The notes below the pieces were generated by a model. That model saw nothing but the letters and a program-made list of their open reading frames with translations, was not told the DNA's origin and did not search any database. A stretch of DNA of 64,000 bases from Stegostoma tigrinum (Eukaryota), in contig NC_081387.1 of NCBI RefSeq assembly GCF_030684315.1, positions 6,428,497 to 6,492,496 on the forward strand, given 5' to 3'. Below, piece after piece: positions 13,540 to 25,013 of the stretch; the stretch's first letter is position 1, and each line of letters begins with the position of its first letter. The position numbers and the translations under genes are program-made.

Positions 13540-14850
13540 TTCGACCTGGGGACTGAAGGATTGCAAATGTGACACCGTTGTTTCAGAAAGGGTCAAAGAA
13601 TAACCAAGGAAACGACAGGCCTGTCAATTTGACATCGATAGCAGGAAAAATAACAGAAGCCATTGTATAGGGTAAAATAATTATACACTTAGAAAAAATT
13701 AACTCAATACTAGACTAACTTAATACTACTTTGCCAAGGGCAATTCATGTCTGGCAAATGAATTGAGTTCTTTGATGAGGTGACACAGGCAGTGGGTGAG
13801 GGTAGTGCTGTGGATGTTGTGCGTTTGGACTTTCAGAAAGCATTTGATAAGATATCACATGCAGGTTAGAAGGAAAATTAGATACGTTTGGGATTGATGG
13901 GTTCTGGGCAGAATGGATTAGAAATTGGCTAAAAGGCAGCAAACAGAGGATTGGTATAGATAGGCATTTTTCAGATGAGTTGAAAATGGTGTTCCCCAGA
14001 GAATGATGTAGGGGAACTTGCATTTTTCGATTTACGTAAATGATTTGAAGATGCGTGTTGAAGACAAAGTCACTCGGTTTGATGAAACTAAGCTAGGTAG
14101 AATAGTGAATTGCGAGGATAATGCTGTGTGACTTTGTAGAGACATTGACAAGTTGGGCAAATGGGCAAACACCTGACAGAAGAATTTCAATGCAGACAGT
14201 TTTGAAATAATGCATTTTGGTAGAAGAAACACGGAGAGACAATACAGACTCAATGGTACAACTTTGTGGGGAGTACAGGAGTAAAGGGACCTCAGGGTCC
14301 ACATGCGTAATTCCCTGAAGCTGACCAGGCAAGTAGAAACAGATGCTAAGAAGGCTTATAGGATCCTTGTGTTTATTATTGGAGGCATAGAGTACAGAAG
14401 CAAAGGAGTAATGCTCCATCTCTACAAATCATTCGTCAGACTACATTTTGAGTGTTGAGTTCAATTCTGGACATCTTATTTAATGAAGTGTATTAAAGCT
14501 CTCAAGATAGTGTGCGAAGGAGATTTATTAGAATGATAACAGGATTGAGGGATTTTAGAGACAAAGAAATATCAGAGAGATAGGGCTTATTTTCCTTGGA
14601 GTAGAGAAGATAAAAATGCAATTTTATTGAGGTATTCAAAATCATGACCAATTTAAGAAGGATATTCTGTTTTCAATAGTCACACCAATAATTCAAGATT
14701 GTCAGCAGGGGAGCCAGGAGTAAGATGTGGAGAAATTTCTTTATGCAGAGAGTTCTTAGGATTTGGAATGCACTGCTGGGAGAGTGGTGGAAGTGGATTC
14801 CTTCAGCGGTTTCAAAACAGAGCTGGACCTATGTTTGAAAGTGACAAATT
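13540..14850 (+). mobile_element. CR1 LINE reverse-transcriptase fragment (decayed) in the MHC alpha1-alpha2 intron
   Basis: ANVTPLFQKGSKNNQGNDRPVNLTSIAGK, LDFQKAFDKI and the C-terminal CR1 region, with many stops and frameshifts. Confidence 0.88.
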
Positions 14851-15996
14851 TATGGAATCATAGAATCCCTACAGTGTGGAAGAAGGCTCTTCAGCCCTTT
14901 GAGTCCACATCAATCCTCCGAGGAGCATTCCACCCAGACTCAATACCCTAACCCAGCCCGCAACCCTGCATTTGCCATGGCCAATCCACCTAACCTGTGC
15001 ATCTTTGGACTGTGGGAAGAAACCGGAGCACTCAGAGGAGACCCATGCAGACTCAGGGAGAATGTGCAAACTGTATGCGGACAGTTGCCCAAGGGTGGAA
15101 TTGAACCTGAACCCATGGCACTGTGAGGCAGTCATGCTAACTATAATTTAGAGGGCTAGGACTAAAGAATAGACTAGCTGGGTAACTTTTTTCATTCAGT
15201 TGAATGGTCTCCTTTTGTACACTGTAAAATTTTATGACAGTAAAAGTCAATGGATGAAAAATCCTTCCATATTTTTTAAGGCAGAGATCGACAGATTCTT
15301 GAGTACCAAGGGAATCGGGGTGTGTGGGAATGTAGAGCTGAGGTTAAAACCAGATTGGCCATGATCTTATTGAATGGTGGAGTGGGCTTGAAAGGGCCCA
15401 AGTGGTCTATTGTTGTTCCTTCCTCATATGTTTGTAATAAGTGAGGTATGATTTCTCTGAAATGAGACCAGAGGAGATTACAGAAACAGACAAACACCAC
15501 TTGAGAACAAAAGAGAAATTTTAACAACAAGCAATTGCCTGACCAGGAGCCAGAGTGTATCAGCATGGAATAAGGTGGTGAATAGAGGCAGGAATCCCTG
15601 CCCTTCAGGACATACTTGCCTCTTCAGGAGTCCTCTTAAAATTCACGACTTTGATCATTCTGATCTAATATCTCCCATTGTGTTTCAACGCTAATCTTTG
15701 TGTAGTAATTCCCCTGCGCAGCTCCTATGTCGTATGAAAGATGTTCAGCACCTCAATGGGAATAGGATATATCGAGTAGGAGCTTGGTCTGCTGGATAAG
15801 GTGAACTCTGAGACAGCGTTAAGAAACCATAGAGAAACAGTACATCCGCAGCCTCCCGTCAGGATCTCCAAATCTGCATTGAACATTGCCGCATACCATA
15901 CACCATACATTTCCACATGATGGGCCAGGGGCTCCACCTAATAGAGACGTGATTGGACAGATCTATCGTTAATGCCTGATTGATCTTCATTTGCAG

Positions 15997-16269
15997 GTAT
16001 CCAATACATCCAGGTCCTCTGGGAATGCACGGTGGAAAATAGCCAAAACACCACAGCGTTTGTAAAGATAAATGTCAATGGGTTTGGAGATGTTGAATGT
16101 GACTTGTTCACAGTGCGTTGCAGGGGGCTTGGTGTGTTTTCTTCTCTGTCTGGAATGTTTGAAGATATCCTCAAACATGATCCCACTTTTATCCAGTTGC
16201 TGAACCCCAGATGTGTTGAAAGCCTCCAGACAGTACTTCGAGCTGGTAAAACAGCCCTGGAAAGAAAAG
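15997..16269 (+). CDS. Non-classical MHC class I heavy chain, alpha2 exon
   Basis: Acceptor tttgcAG, phase 1, 273 nt open: (G)IQYIQVLWECTVENSQNTTAFVKINVNGFGDVECDLFTVRCRGLGVFSSLSGMFEDILKHDPTFIQLLNPRCVESLQTVLRAGKTALERK. Shows C101/C164 equivalents and a CVExLxxxLxxGKxxLERK end. Donor AAG|GCAAGT. Confidence 0.9.
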
Positions 16270-16299
16270 GCAAGTGGAAGAGTACAGTTAGATGCTGAG

Positions 16300-16601
16300 A
16301 CTGACCTAGACCTGGATGCTGAGTGTGATCGGGATCAGGGTTCCGATTGTGATCCAAAACTGGTTTCCAAGTGTGATCCAATTTCTGGGTGTGGTACAAA
16401 TTTGATTTCCCAATGTGATCTGGATTATGATCACCATCCAAATCTGATTTCCGGGTGTGGTCCGGATTCTGACTTTGAACCAATCCAGTTTCCTATGTTA
16501 TCCCTGGATCTGGATTCTGAGTGTGTTCCTTGTCCAGAATTCTGGCTGCAAACCAAATCCCAGTTCCGAGTGTGATCTGGAGCTGGATTCTGAATGTGAT
16601 C
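16300..16601 (+). repeat. Degenerate minisatellite of about 24 bp (CTGGATTCTGAGTGTGATCCAAAT-like) in the alpha2-alpha3 intron
   Basis: Recurrent TGTGATC(C/T) and (C/T)TG(G/A)(A/T)T(T/C)C words at 18-24 nt spacing. Confidence 0.65.
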
Positions 16602-16763
16602 AGAGATAATGGGAACTGCAGATGCTGGAGAATCCAAGATAACAAAGTGTGGAGCTGGATGAACACAGCAGGCCAAGCAGCATCTTAGGAGCAGAAAAGC
16701 TGACGTTTCAGGCTTAGATGCTGCTTGGCCTGCTGTGTTCATCCAGCTCCACACCTTGTTATC
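16602..16763. mobile_element. Miniature Penelope pLTR-derived hairpin insertion
   Basis: Two inverted copies of the Penelope 3' end, flanked by the 19-bp direct repeat CTGGATTCTGAATGTGATC (16583-16601 and 16764-16782). Confidence 0.85.
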
Positions 16764-16853
16764 CTGGATTCTGAATGTGATCCGTTGGGTGAACATTGCA
16801 TTAACTTTCAAAAGAAAGAGTGCCTTTCACTTTCATTTCTGATTCTTCCTCAG

Positions 16854-17129
16854 TTGTTCCCCAGGTACTGGTTTTCAAAAGGAGCTCCACTGTGGAGATG
16901 TCCACACCTCTCCTGTGCCTCATCACTGCCTTTTATCCCCGCACCATCAATGCCACATGGCTACATAACGGAGAGCCTGTATCAGAGGACCTTACAGTGA
17001 GGGTTCTGCCAAACCATGATGCCACATACAGAATGGAGCTCATCATTGACATCAAGAACAACGACCCAAGCAGCTACTGTTGCCAGGTTCAGCATCATAG
17101 CTCGTGTGAAACACTGAGAGTAACATCCG
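16854..17129 (+). CDS. Non-classical MHC class I heavy chain, alpha3 (Ig C1-set) exon
   Basis: Acceptor ttcctcAG, phase 1, 276 nt: (V)VPQVLVFKRSSTVEMSTPLLCLITAFYPRTINATWLHNGEPVSEDLTVRVLPNHDATYRMELIIDIKNNDPSSYCCQVQHHSSCETLRVTS(G). Motifs LxCxxxxFYP, W, VLPNxDxTY and YxCxVxH. Donor G|GTAAGG. Confidence 0.95.
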
Positions 17130-17589
17130 GTAAGGTATCACACAACAACATTGCACCAAAGATGGCCCCTTGAGTCATGCTGCCTGTGAACGACTAAACC
17201 AACTCGACCAGCTCCTTACTCTTGCTTGTGCATTTTTCCCTTTAAGTATATTTAATTCCTTTTTGAAAGTCACCTGCTTCTTACACAATTTTATTTCTCA
17301 ACACAGCAACACGTTGTTAAAAAAAAACAAAAAACCCTCTGAGCAGATCATTTATAAGCTGTGTCCTCTGGCCAGCAATTCTCCCGCCAATGCAGGGAGA
17401 AATAATCTTTTTTTAAAAAAATTCCTGATAAATTGTCAGTTGATGAAATAGAAGGAGGGAGCTGGAAAAAGCTTGGAAAAATGTATGGATGAGCTAAGAG
17501 CTAACTTTCAAGATTAAGCAATGGCAGGCTGGAGAGTCATTGAAATTAAACAACAAACTCAGTAGCTGAGTGGCCAGTGATAGTTCAGA

Positions 17590-18290
17590 GCTGCTAATGC
17601 TGGAGTCACAGATAGCTCGGTGTGGAGCTAAAGGAACACAGCAGGTCCAGCAGCATCAGAGGAGCAGGAAGCTGACATTTTGGTTCAGGACATGTCTTCA
17701 GAAACGGGGAGGGGGAGGGAGCTCAGAAATAGAGAGTGGAGGGCCGGGCTGGGGAAGGTAGGTGAGATGGTGATAAGTGAATGCAAGTAGGCAGTGGTGG
17801 GGATTAATCCGTGAGGTGGGAGGAGCGGATAGGTGAGAGAGAAGATTGACAGGTTGTGTCAGGTCAAAGAGATGGGGATGAGAGGGAGGAGTGGTCATGG
17901 GATGAGGCCAGGGATGGGGAGATTTTGAAACTGGTAAAATTCACATTTAGGCTGCAGGATCCTGAGGCGGAATGCGAGGTGCTGCTCCTCCAGTTTTCGG
18001 GTGGCATCACTGTGACACATGAGGAGACCCAGGATGGACATGTCACCCAGGGACTGGGAGGGGCTGTTGAAGTTGTTTGTGACCAGAAGGTATTATCATT
18101 CATCACGATCAGAGTGCAGATGCTCTACAAAGTGGTTTCTGAGCCTCCGCTTGGTCTCACTGATGTGGAGGAGGCCACAGCAGGAGCAGTGGATACAGTA
18201 GACCAAGTTGACAATGTGCATGTGAACCCCTGTTGTTTGTGGAAAGTTTGTTTGGTGCTTTGAATGGAAGTGAGGGGGGAAGTGATGGGG
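17590..18290 (-). mobile_element. Penelope-like element 3' fragment (GIY-YIG end + pLTR), decayed
   Basis: Homologous to 21643-22460; translates LNVNFTSFKISP; pLTR with a degenerate hammerhead. Confidence 0.8.
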
Positions 18291-20335
18291 CTAGCACTGC
18301 TGCCTCACATTGCCAGGGACCTGGGTTCAATTCCAGGGTATATGTGTGTGTGGAGTTCGAACATTCTTCCTGTGTCTGCATGGGTTTCCTCTGCACTCTA
18401 TAGTTTCCTCCCACAGTCCAAAGATGTGCTGGCCAGGTGGATTGGCCATGTCAAATTTCCCCCTATCCAAGGGATGTGCAGGCTGGGTGGGTGAGCCATG
18501 GTAAATGCAGGGTTACAGGGATAGGGTAGGGAGGTGGGTCTGGGTGTGATGGTGTTTGGAAGGTTCTTGTGTACTTGATGGGCAGAATGGCCTGTTTCAA
18601 TGCTGTAGGGATTCTGTCACCCAGTTCTAGTGTTCAAATAGCCCCTTATAGGTTTGCTGCATTCAGGCCTTCATTTGTTCATTTCAAAAGGTATAGAGGG
18701 TTGGTTTAATTGAGGCGATGTATTTCAGATTTTACGTTTCAGTTTTCAAAACACATGGCCAATCCACCTGACCTGCACATCTTTGGACTGTGGGAATAAA
18801 CTGCAGCATGCAGAGGAAACCCATGCAGACAATGGGAGAATGTTCAAACTCCACACAGTCACCCAAGGGTGGAATTGAGCCCAGGTCCCCTGGATCTGTG
18901 AGGCAGCAGTGCTAGCCCCTACTCCTCCCCCTCACCTCCATTCAGCCCACACCCTGTGCCTTGTTCCCCTTCTGAGTTCCAAGGAATCAAGAGATCACGG
19001 CAGCAGCTGTTGGGTGAGGAACTGGATGGCGTTGCACAAAGAGGAAGGAAGTTGAGGTGTGAGGAGGGTGCAGAAGAGGTTTACCAGGATGCTGCCTGGG
19101 TTAGAGGGTATGAGCTATAAGGAGAGGTTTTCAAAAGGAATTGGACAAAAGATCTGTTTCTCTGGTGCATTACTCTATAAATGGGTTTCTTCAACTTAAA
19201 ACTGCCAGAGAACAAAAGAAATAGAGATAGGGAGTAAAAAATGTGATAACCAGCGAGGTTGGCATAGGTTAGAGTATTGTGGTCAATCCAAGGTGCTTCA
19301 AGGAGAATATATAGAATAAGGATACAAAGGAGATTTATTGGGGAAAGGGGACAATGGATTGGAAGAGAAGCTGGGAATGTCAGGATGGTACACCTTGAAA
19401 CAGTGAAGGTCATATAGGTCGTAGTGTTGGTGATGATTTATGATAAAAGCAAAGTATTGCAGATGCTGGAGATCTGAACTAAAAACTGACAATGCTGGAG
19501 AAACTTCACAGGTCTGGCAGCTGCCGTGGCGAGAGACACAAAGTTAGCATTCTGAGCCTGGTATGGCTCTTGTTCAAAGCTTAAAGCTGTTGTAAAATAG
19601 ATTACATTTTGATACTATTGACAGAGGCAGAGGAGGCCCAAGGGGGTCAGAGGCCTAATGCAAAAGACAGAGGGTTGTTCAGAGTGTATAAAAGAAGAGA
19701 TGTAAAATGGGGGTAAATTGAGGTGTGAAGGAAGGAGAACGGGTGCTCTCTACTAACTACAAAGTAAACAAAACACAAACACAACTTGGCTGATGGGGAG
19801 GAGTTGGGAGAATGTAAGAAAAATGGAAGATACCCACACTGTGGTCAGTTACTGAAGTTGCTGAATTCATTATTGAGATCAGCAACCTTGGATGCAGACA
19901 TTCTCACCCCCAACCCTTAATTTGATGTCCACTGGGATTTTAATGGCACGGGAGAGTAAAACAGCTGGGTAAAACCCTCACCTCTCTAAAGCTGCTTCCC
20001 AACCTGCTTTCAGCCTCCCCCACAACCCAAGGACCCACCTAGCTTTTAGCCAAAGTTTCCCACTACTCAATGGAATTCCATTCGACCCAGGAACTGTGTT
20101 CCTTAAAGATGAATCCCATTGGGAGCTAATGGGGAATCCAAGACGAATCACTCACGAACTCACTGGGATGAATCTCATGTCAGGCAGAGTTATGGAAATC
20201 GACAAACCCATTGGAAGTTGTCCATTTCAACAGCCCCAAACAATGCAAAAGGAAGTGCAGCCAGGGTGAATAACTGGGAGGCATCGTGAGCAGTCACTCA
20301 GCATCTACTGCAGGCAATATCCAAAGCGCTGTGAC

Positions 20336-20506
20336 NNNNNNNNNNNNNNNNNNNNNNNNNNNNNNNNNNNNNNNNNNNNNNNNNNNNNNNNNNNNNNNNN
20401 NNNNNNNNNNNNNNNNNNNNNNNNNNNNNNNNNNNNNNNNNNNNNNNNNNNNNNNNNNNNNNNNNNNNNNNNNNNNNNNNNNNNNNNNNNNNNNNNNNNN
20501 NNNNNN
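20336..20506. other. Assembly gap (N run)
   Basis: 171 N, ending 35 nt upstream of the predicted TM exon. Confidence 0.99.
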
Positions 20507-20541
20507 TTTAATGGTCTGTGTGTGTTATATCTGGCATGCAG

Positions 20542-20627
20542 GAGTTGCTCGTGTCAGCCACAGTATTTGTCCTGGCCCAATGCTGTGCCTATTCATTGTG
20601 CTGGCAATAGTGACAGGCGTGGCGTAG
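20542..20627 (+). CDS. MHC class I connecting peptide/hydrophobic C-terminal exon (exon runs to 20669; in-frame TAG at 20625-20627)
   Basis: Acceptor catgcAG, phase 1: (G)VARVSHSICPGPMLCLFIVLAIVTGVA*. Strong donor CAG|GTGAGT at 20669/20670. Confidence 0.7.
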
Positions 20628-20777
20628 GAAGCAATTTCAGTGAAGGCCGTGGGAAAGACGCAAGCACAGGTGAGTAAGGACTTGCATCCAGGTCTCACAT
20701 CCCGTTCATCATCTAAAAGCAAGTGATAATAAGTGACAATATTCTATCTGTAGTGACCTGCTCCTTCTCTTTCCCAG

Positions 20778-20951
20778 ATGAGCATGAATTCCTGCAAGTC
20801 TCTCACCAGCTGCCCAGTACTGAATCAATGATTGAGATGCTGCCAGTTGTTTCATGAAAGCAAACCTGTCTGCAACAGTTTCACTGTCACCTCTAACATG
20901 ATAATCGGCTGGACTTTATTCTTTTGCATTGTATTATTGCTTTCTAATAAA
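20778..20951 (+). other. Probable last exon of the MHC gene (ancestral cytoplasmic-tail exon/3' UTR) with polyA signal
   Basis: Strong acceptor ctccttctctttcccAG after a 108-nt intron. The phase-1 frame reads (D)EHEFLQVSHQLPSTESMIEMLPVVS* (stop 20855-20857). AATAAA at 20946-20951, with a second at 21297-21302. Confidence 0.6.
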
Positions 20952-21419
20952 TTTTGAAATGTTTGTTAAATTACACACTGCGCCTCAGTTCAGTAGGAAG
21001 CACCATGAACTTTGAATCCTGACTTCTGTACAGCTTCCTTTTCTTTTGACTCCTGATTAATTCAATATAATATCACCACCTCTTGTGGATAGGGCTGTGA
21101 TATCCAGGAATTGATGACAAAATCATGGCTGTGTGCAGCTGAAATGAAATGAACCTGACAGGGATGTTTTTAAAAAGTGGTTTTTTTTGTCAATTCTCCA
21201 ACTCCAATTTTCTAACTAAAATTATAGAATCAACAGACACTGGATTGTCAGTCTGGACAATGATCAGACTCAAGAAATAATCTGCTGCCGAACCAAAATA
21301 AAATGAATATAGTACATTTAATTTGTGACATTTATTGCTGAGATTTTAGTTGGCCATGTTTCTTTGAGAGGGCTATAGTAACACCTTTCAGCTGAGGTAT
21401 ATTCCAGTACACTTTAGAA

Positions 21420-21585
21420 CCTCTTTTGCAGTGTGGTCACTGTTTGAACAAAGGGACTGAGACAGCCAAATTGTGCACACCAAGCTCCCACAAACAGGAA
21501 TTTGCCACTGACCGAAAAGTGTTTCTTTTTAGTGTTGACAATGTAAAATGAACTCCCCTGCTGATCATCCAAAAGTGACATGTGT
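21420..21585 (-). mobile_element. Deu-domain SINE 3' half
   Basis: GTGTGGTCACTGTT...CAGCCAAATTGTGCACACCAAGCTCCCACAAACAGGAAT...GAACTCCCCTGCT is the reverse complement of the Deu-SINE 3' region as I recall it. Confidence 0.7.
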
Positions 21586-21958
21586 ATGTTGCAAAAGTGG
21601 GACACACAATCCATCTGTAAATGGAACACTGCTTCAGTACAAGGTAATAAAATGTGAGGCTGGATGAACACAGCAGGCCAAGCAGCATCTCAGGAGCACA
21701 AAAGCTGACATTTCGGGCCTAGACCCTTCATCAGAGAGGGGGATGGGGTGAGGGTTCTGGAACAAATAGGGAGAGAGGGGGAGGCGGACCGAAGATGGAG
21801 AGAAAAGAATATAGGTGGAGAGAGTATAGGTGGGGAGGTAGGGAGGGGATAGGTCAGTCCAGGGAAGACGGACAGGTCAAGGAGGTGGGATGAAGTTAGT
21901 AGGTAGATGGGGGTGCGGCTTGGGGTGGGAGGAAGGGATGGGTGAGAGGAAGAACAGG

Positions 21959-23337
21959 TTAGGGAGGCAGAGACAGGTTGGACTGGTTTTGGGATGCAGT
22001 GGGTGGAGGGGAAGAGCTGGGCCGGTTGTGTGGTGCAGTGGGGGGAGGGGACGAACTGGGCTGGTTTAGGGATGCAGTTGGGGAAGGGGAGATTTTGAAA
22101 CTGGTGAAGTCCACATTGATACCATTGGGCTGCAGGGTTCCCAGGCGGAATATGAGTTGCTGTTCCTGCAACCTTCGGGTGGCATCATTGTGGCAGTGCA
22201 GGAGGCCCATGATGGACATGTCATCTAAAGAATGGGAGGGGGAGTGGAAATGGTTTGCGACTGGGAGGTGCAGTTGTTTGTTGCAAACTGAGCGGAGGTG
22301 TTCTGCAAAGCGGTCTCCAAGCCTCCGCTTGGTTTCCCCAATGTAGAGGAAGCCACACCGGGTACAGTGGATGCAGTATACCACATTGGCAGATGTGCAG
22401 GTGAACCTCTGCTGAATGTGGAATGTCATCTTGGGGCCTGGGATAGGGGGGAGTGAGGAGGTGTGGGGACAAGTGTAGCATTTCCTGCGGTTGCAGGGGA
22501 AGGTGCCGGGTGTGGTGGGGTTGGAGGGCAGTGTGGAGCGAACAAGGGAGTCGCGGAGAGAGTGGTCTCTCCGGAAAGCAGACAGGGGTGGGGATGGAAA
22601 AATGTCTTGGGTGGTGGGGTCGGATTGTAGATGGCGGAAGTGTCGGAGGATGATGCGTTGTATCCGGAGGTTGGTGGGGTGGTGTGTGAGAACGAGGGGG
22701 ATCCTCTTTGGGCGGTTGTGGCGGGGGCGGGGTGTGAGGGATGTGTTGCGGGAAATACGGGAGACGCGGTCAAGGGCGTTCTCGATCACTGTCGGGAGAA
22801 AGTTGCGGTCCTTGATGAACTTGGACATCTGGGATGTACGGGAGTGGAATGTCTTATCGTGGGAGCAGATGCAGCGGAGGCGGAGGAATTGGGAATAGGG
22901 GATGGAATTTTTGCAGGAGGGTGGGTGGGAGGAGGTGTATTCTAGGTAGCTGTGGGAGTCGGTGGGCTTGAAATAGACATCGGTTACAAGCTGGTTGCCT
23001 GAGATGGAGACTGAGAGGTCCAGGAAGGTGAGGGATTTGCTGTAGATGGCCCAGGTGAACTGAAGGTTGGGGTGGAAGGTGTTGGTGAAGTGGATGAACT
23101 GTTCGAGCTCCTCTGGGGAGCAAGAGGCGGCGCCGATACAGTCATCAATGTACCAGAGGAAGAGGTGGGGTTTGGGGTCTGTGTAGGTGCGGAAGAGGGA
23201 CTGTTCCACGTAACCTACAAAGAGGCAGGCATAGCTGGGGCCCATTCGGGTGCCCATGGCCACCCCCTAAGTCTGTAAGAAGTGGGAGGAATCGAAAGAG
23301 AAGTTGTTGCGGGTGAGGACGAGTTCGGCTAGGCGGA
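21959..23337 (-). pseudogene. Penelope ORF C-terminal part (RT core, thumb, CCHH linker, GIY-YIG endonuclease)
   Basis: GVAMGTRMGPSYA, WYIDD, CNRRKCYTCPH and NVVYCIHCTRCGFLYIGETKRRL; one stop (FLQT*GVAMG); 5' truncated. Confidence 0.93.
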
Positions 23338-24792
23338 AGTATGGCGCACTGACCTCTACATCGCCGAGGTAAGACGCCAACTCTCCGACACCACCTCCTA
23401 CCACCCCCTCGATCATGACCCCACATCCGAGCACCAAACCATCATCTCCAACACCATTCATGACCTCATCACCTCAGGGGACCTCCCACCCACAGCCTCC
23501 AACCTCATTGTTCCCCGACTCCGCACGGCCCGTTTCTATCTCGTTCCCAAAATCCACAAACCTGCCTGCCCTGGTCGACCCATCGTCTCAGCCTGCTCCT
23601 GCCCCACCGACCTCATCTCCACCTATCTGGACTCCATTTTCTCCCCTTTGGTCCAGGAACTCCCCACCTACGTCCGTGACACCACCCACACCCTCCACCC
23701 CCTCCAGGACTTCCAATTCCCTGGCCCCCAACACTTCATATTCACCATGGACGTCCAGTCCCTATACACCTGCATTCCGCATGCAGATGGCCTCAAGGCT
23801 CTCCGCTTCTTCCTGTCCCGCAGGCCCGACCAGTTCCCCCTCCACCGAAACCCTCATCCGCCTATTCCCAATTCCTCCGCCTCCGCCGCATCTGCTCCCA
23901 CGATAAGACATTCCACTCCCGCACATCCCAGATGTCCAAGTTCTTCAAGGACCGCAACTTTCCCCCCACGGTGATCGAGAACGCCCTTGACCGCGTCTCC
24001 CGCAACACATCCCTCACACCCCGCCCCTGCCACAACCGCCCAAAGAGGATCCCCCTCGTTCTCACACACCACCCCACCAACCTCCGGATACAATGCATCA
24101 TCCGCCGACACTTCCGCCATCTACAATCCGACCCCACCACCCAAGACATTTTTCCATCCCCACCCCTGTCTGCTTTCCGGAGAGACCACTCTCTCCGCGA
24201 CTCCCTTGTTCGCTCCACACTGCCCTCCAACCCCACCACACCCGGCACCTTCCCCTGCAACCGCAGGAAATGCTACACTTGCCCCCACACCTCCTCCCTC
24301 ACCCTTATCCCAGGCCCCAAGACGACATTCCACATTAAGCAGAGGTTCACCTGCACATCTGCCAATGTGGTATACTGCATCCACTGTACCCGGTGCGGCT
24401 TCCTCTACATTGGGGAAACCAAGCGGAGGCTTGGAGACCGCTTTGCAGAACACCTCCGCTCAGTTTGCAACAAACAACTGCACCTCCCAGTCGCAAACCA
24501 TTTCCACTCCCCCTCCCATTCTTTAGATGACATGTCCATCATGGGCCTCCAGCAGTGCCACAATGATGCCACTCGAAGGTTGCAGGAACAGCAACTCATA
24601 TTCCGCCTGGGAACCCTGCAGGCTAATGGTATCAATGTGGACTTCACCAGTTTCAAACTCTCCCCTTCCCCAACTGCATCCCTAAACCAGCCCAGTTCGT
24701 CCCCTCCCCCCACTGCAACACACAACCGGCCCAGCTCTTCCCCTCCACCCACTGCATCCCAAAACCAGTCCAACCTGTCTCTGCCTCCCTAA
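23338..24792 (+). pseudogene. Penelope ORF fragment: N-terminal RT part fused to thumb/GIY-YIG, lacking the RT core
   Basis: FYLVPKIHKPACPGRPIVS and FTMDVQSLYTCIP, then a jump at 23864/23865 from TLIRL directly to SQFLRLRRICS; GIY-YIG present. Confidence 0.92.
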
Positions 24793-25013
24793 CCTGTTCT
24801 TCCTTTCACCCATCCCTTCCTCACACCCAAAGCCGCACCCCCCATCTACCTACTAACCTCATCCCACCTCTTTGACCTATCCGTCTTCCCTGGACTGACC
24901 TATCCCCTCCCTACCTCCCCACCTATACTCTCTCCACCTATCTTCTTTTCTCTCCATCTTCGGTCCGCCTCCCCCTCTCTCCCTGTTTATTCCAGAACAC
25001 TCACCCGATCCCC

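Noticed and set aside
16213-16575. Open frame with Asp/Cys-rich 8-aa repeats overlapping the alpha2 exon end
   Set aside because: It is in a different frame from alpha2 and is explained by the 24-bp intronic minisatellite; no splice support.
21978-24773. Antisense and alternate-frame ORFs over the Penelope arms (e.g. MDWFWDAVGG..., MQGKVPGVVG...)
   Set aside because: Shadow ORFs of the C-rich Penelope coding strand, duplicated only because the arms are inverted copies.
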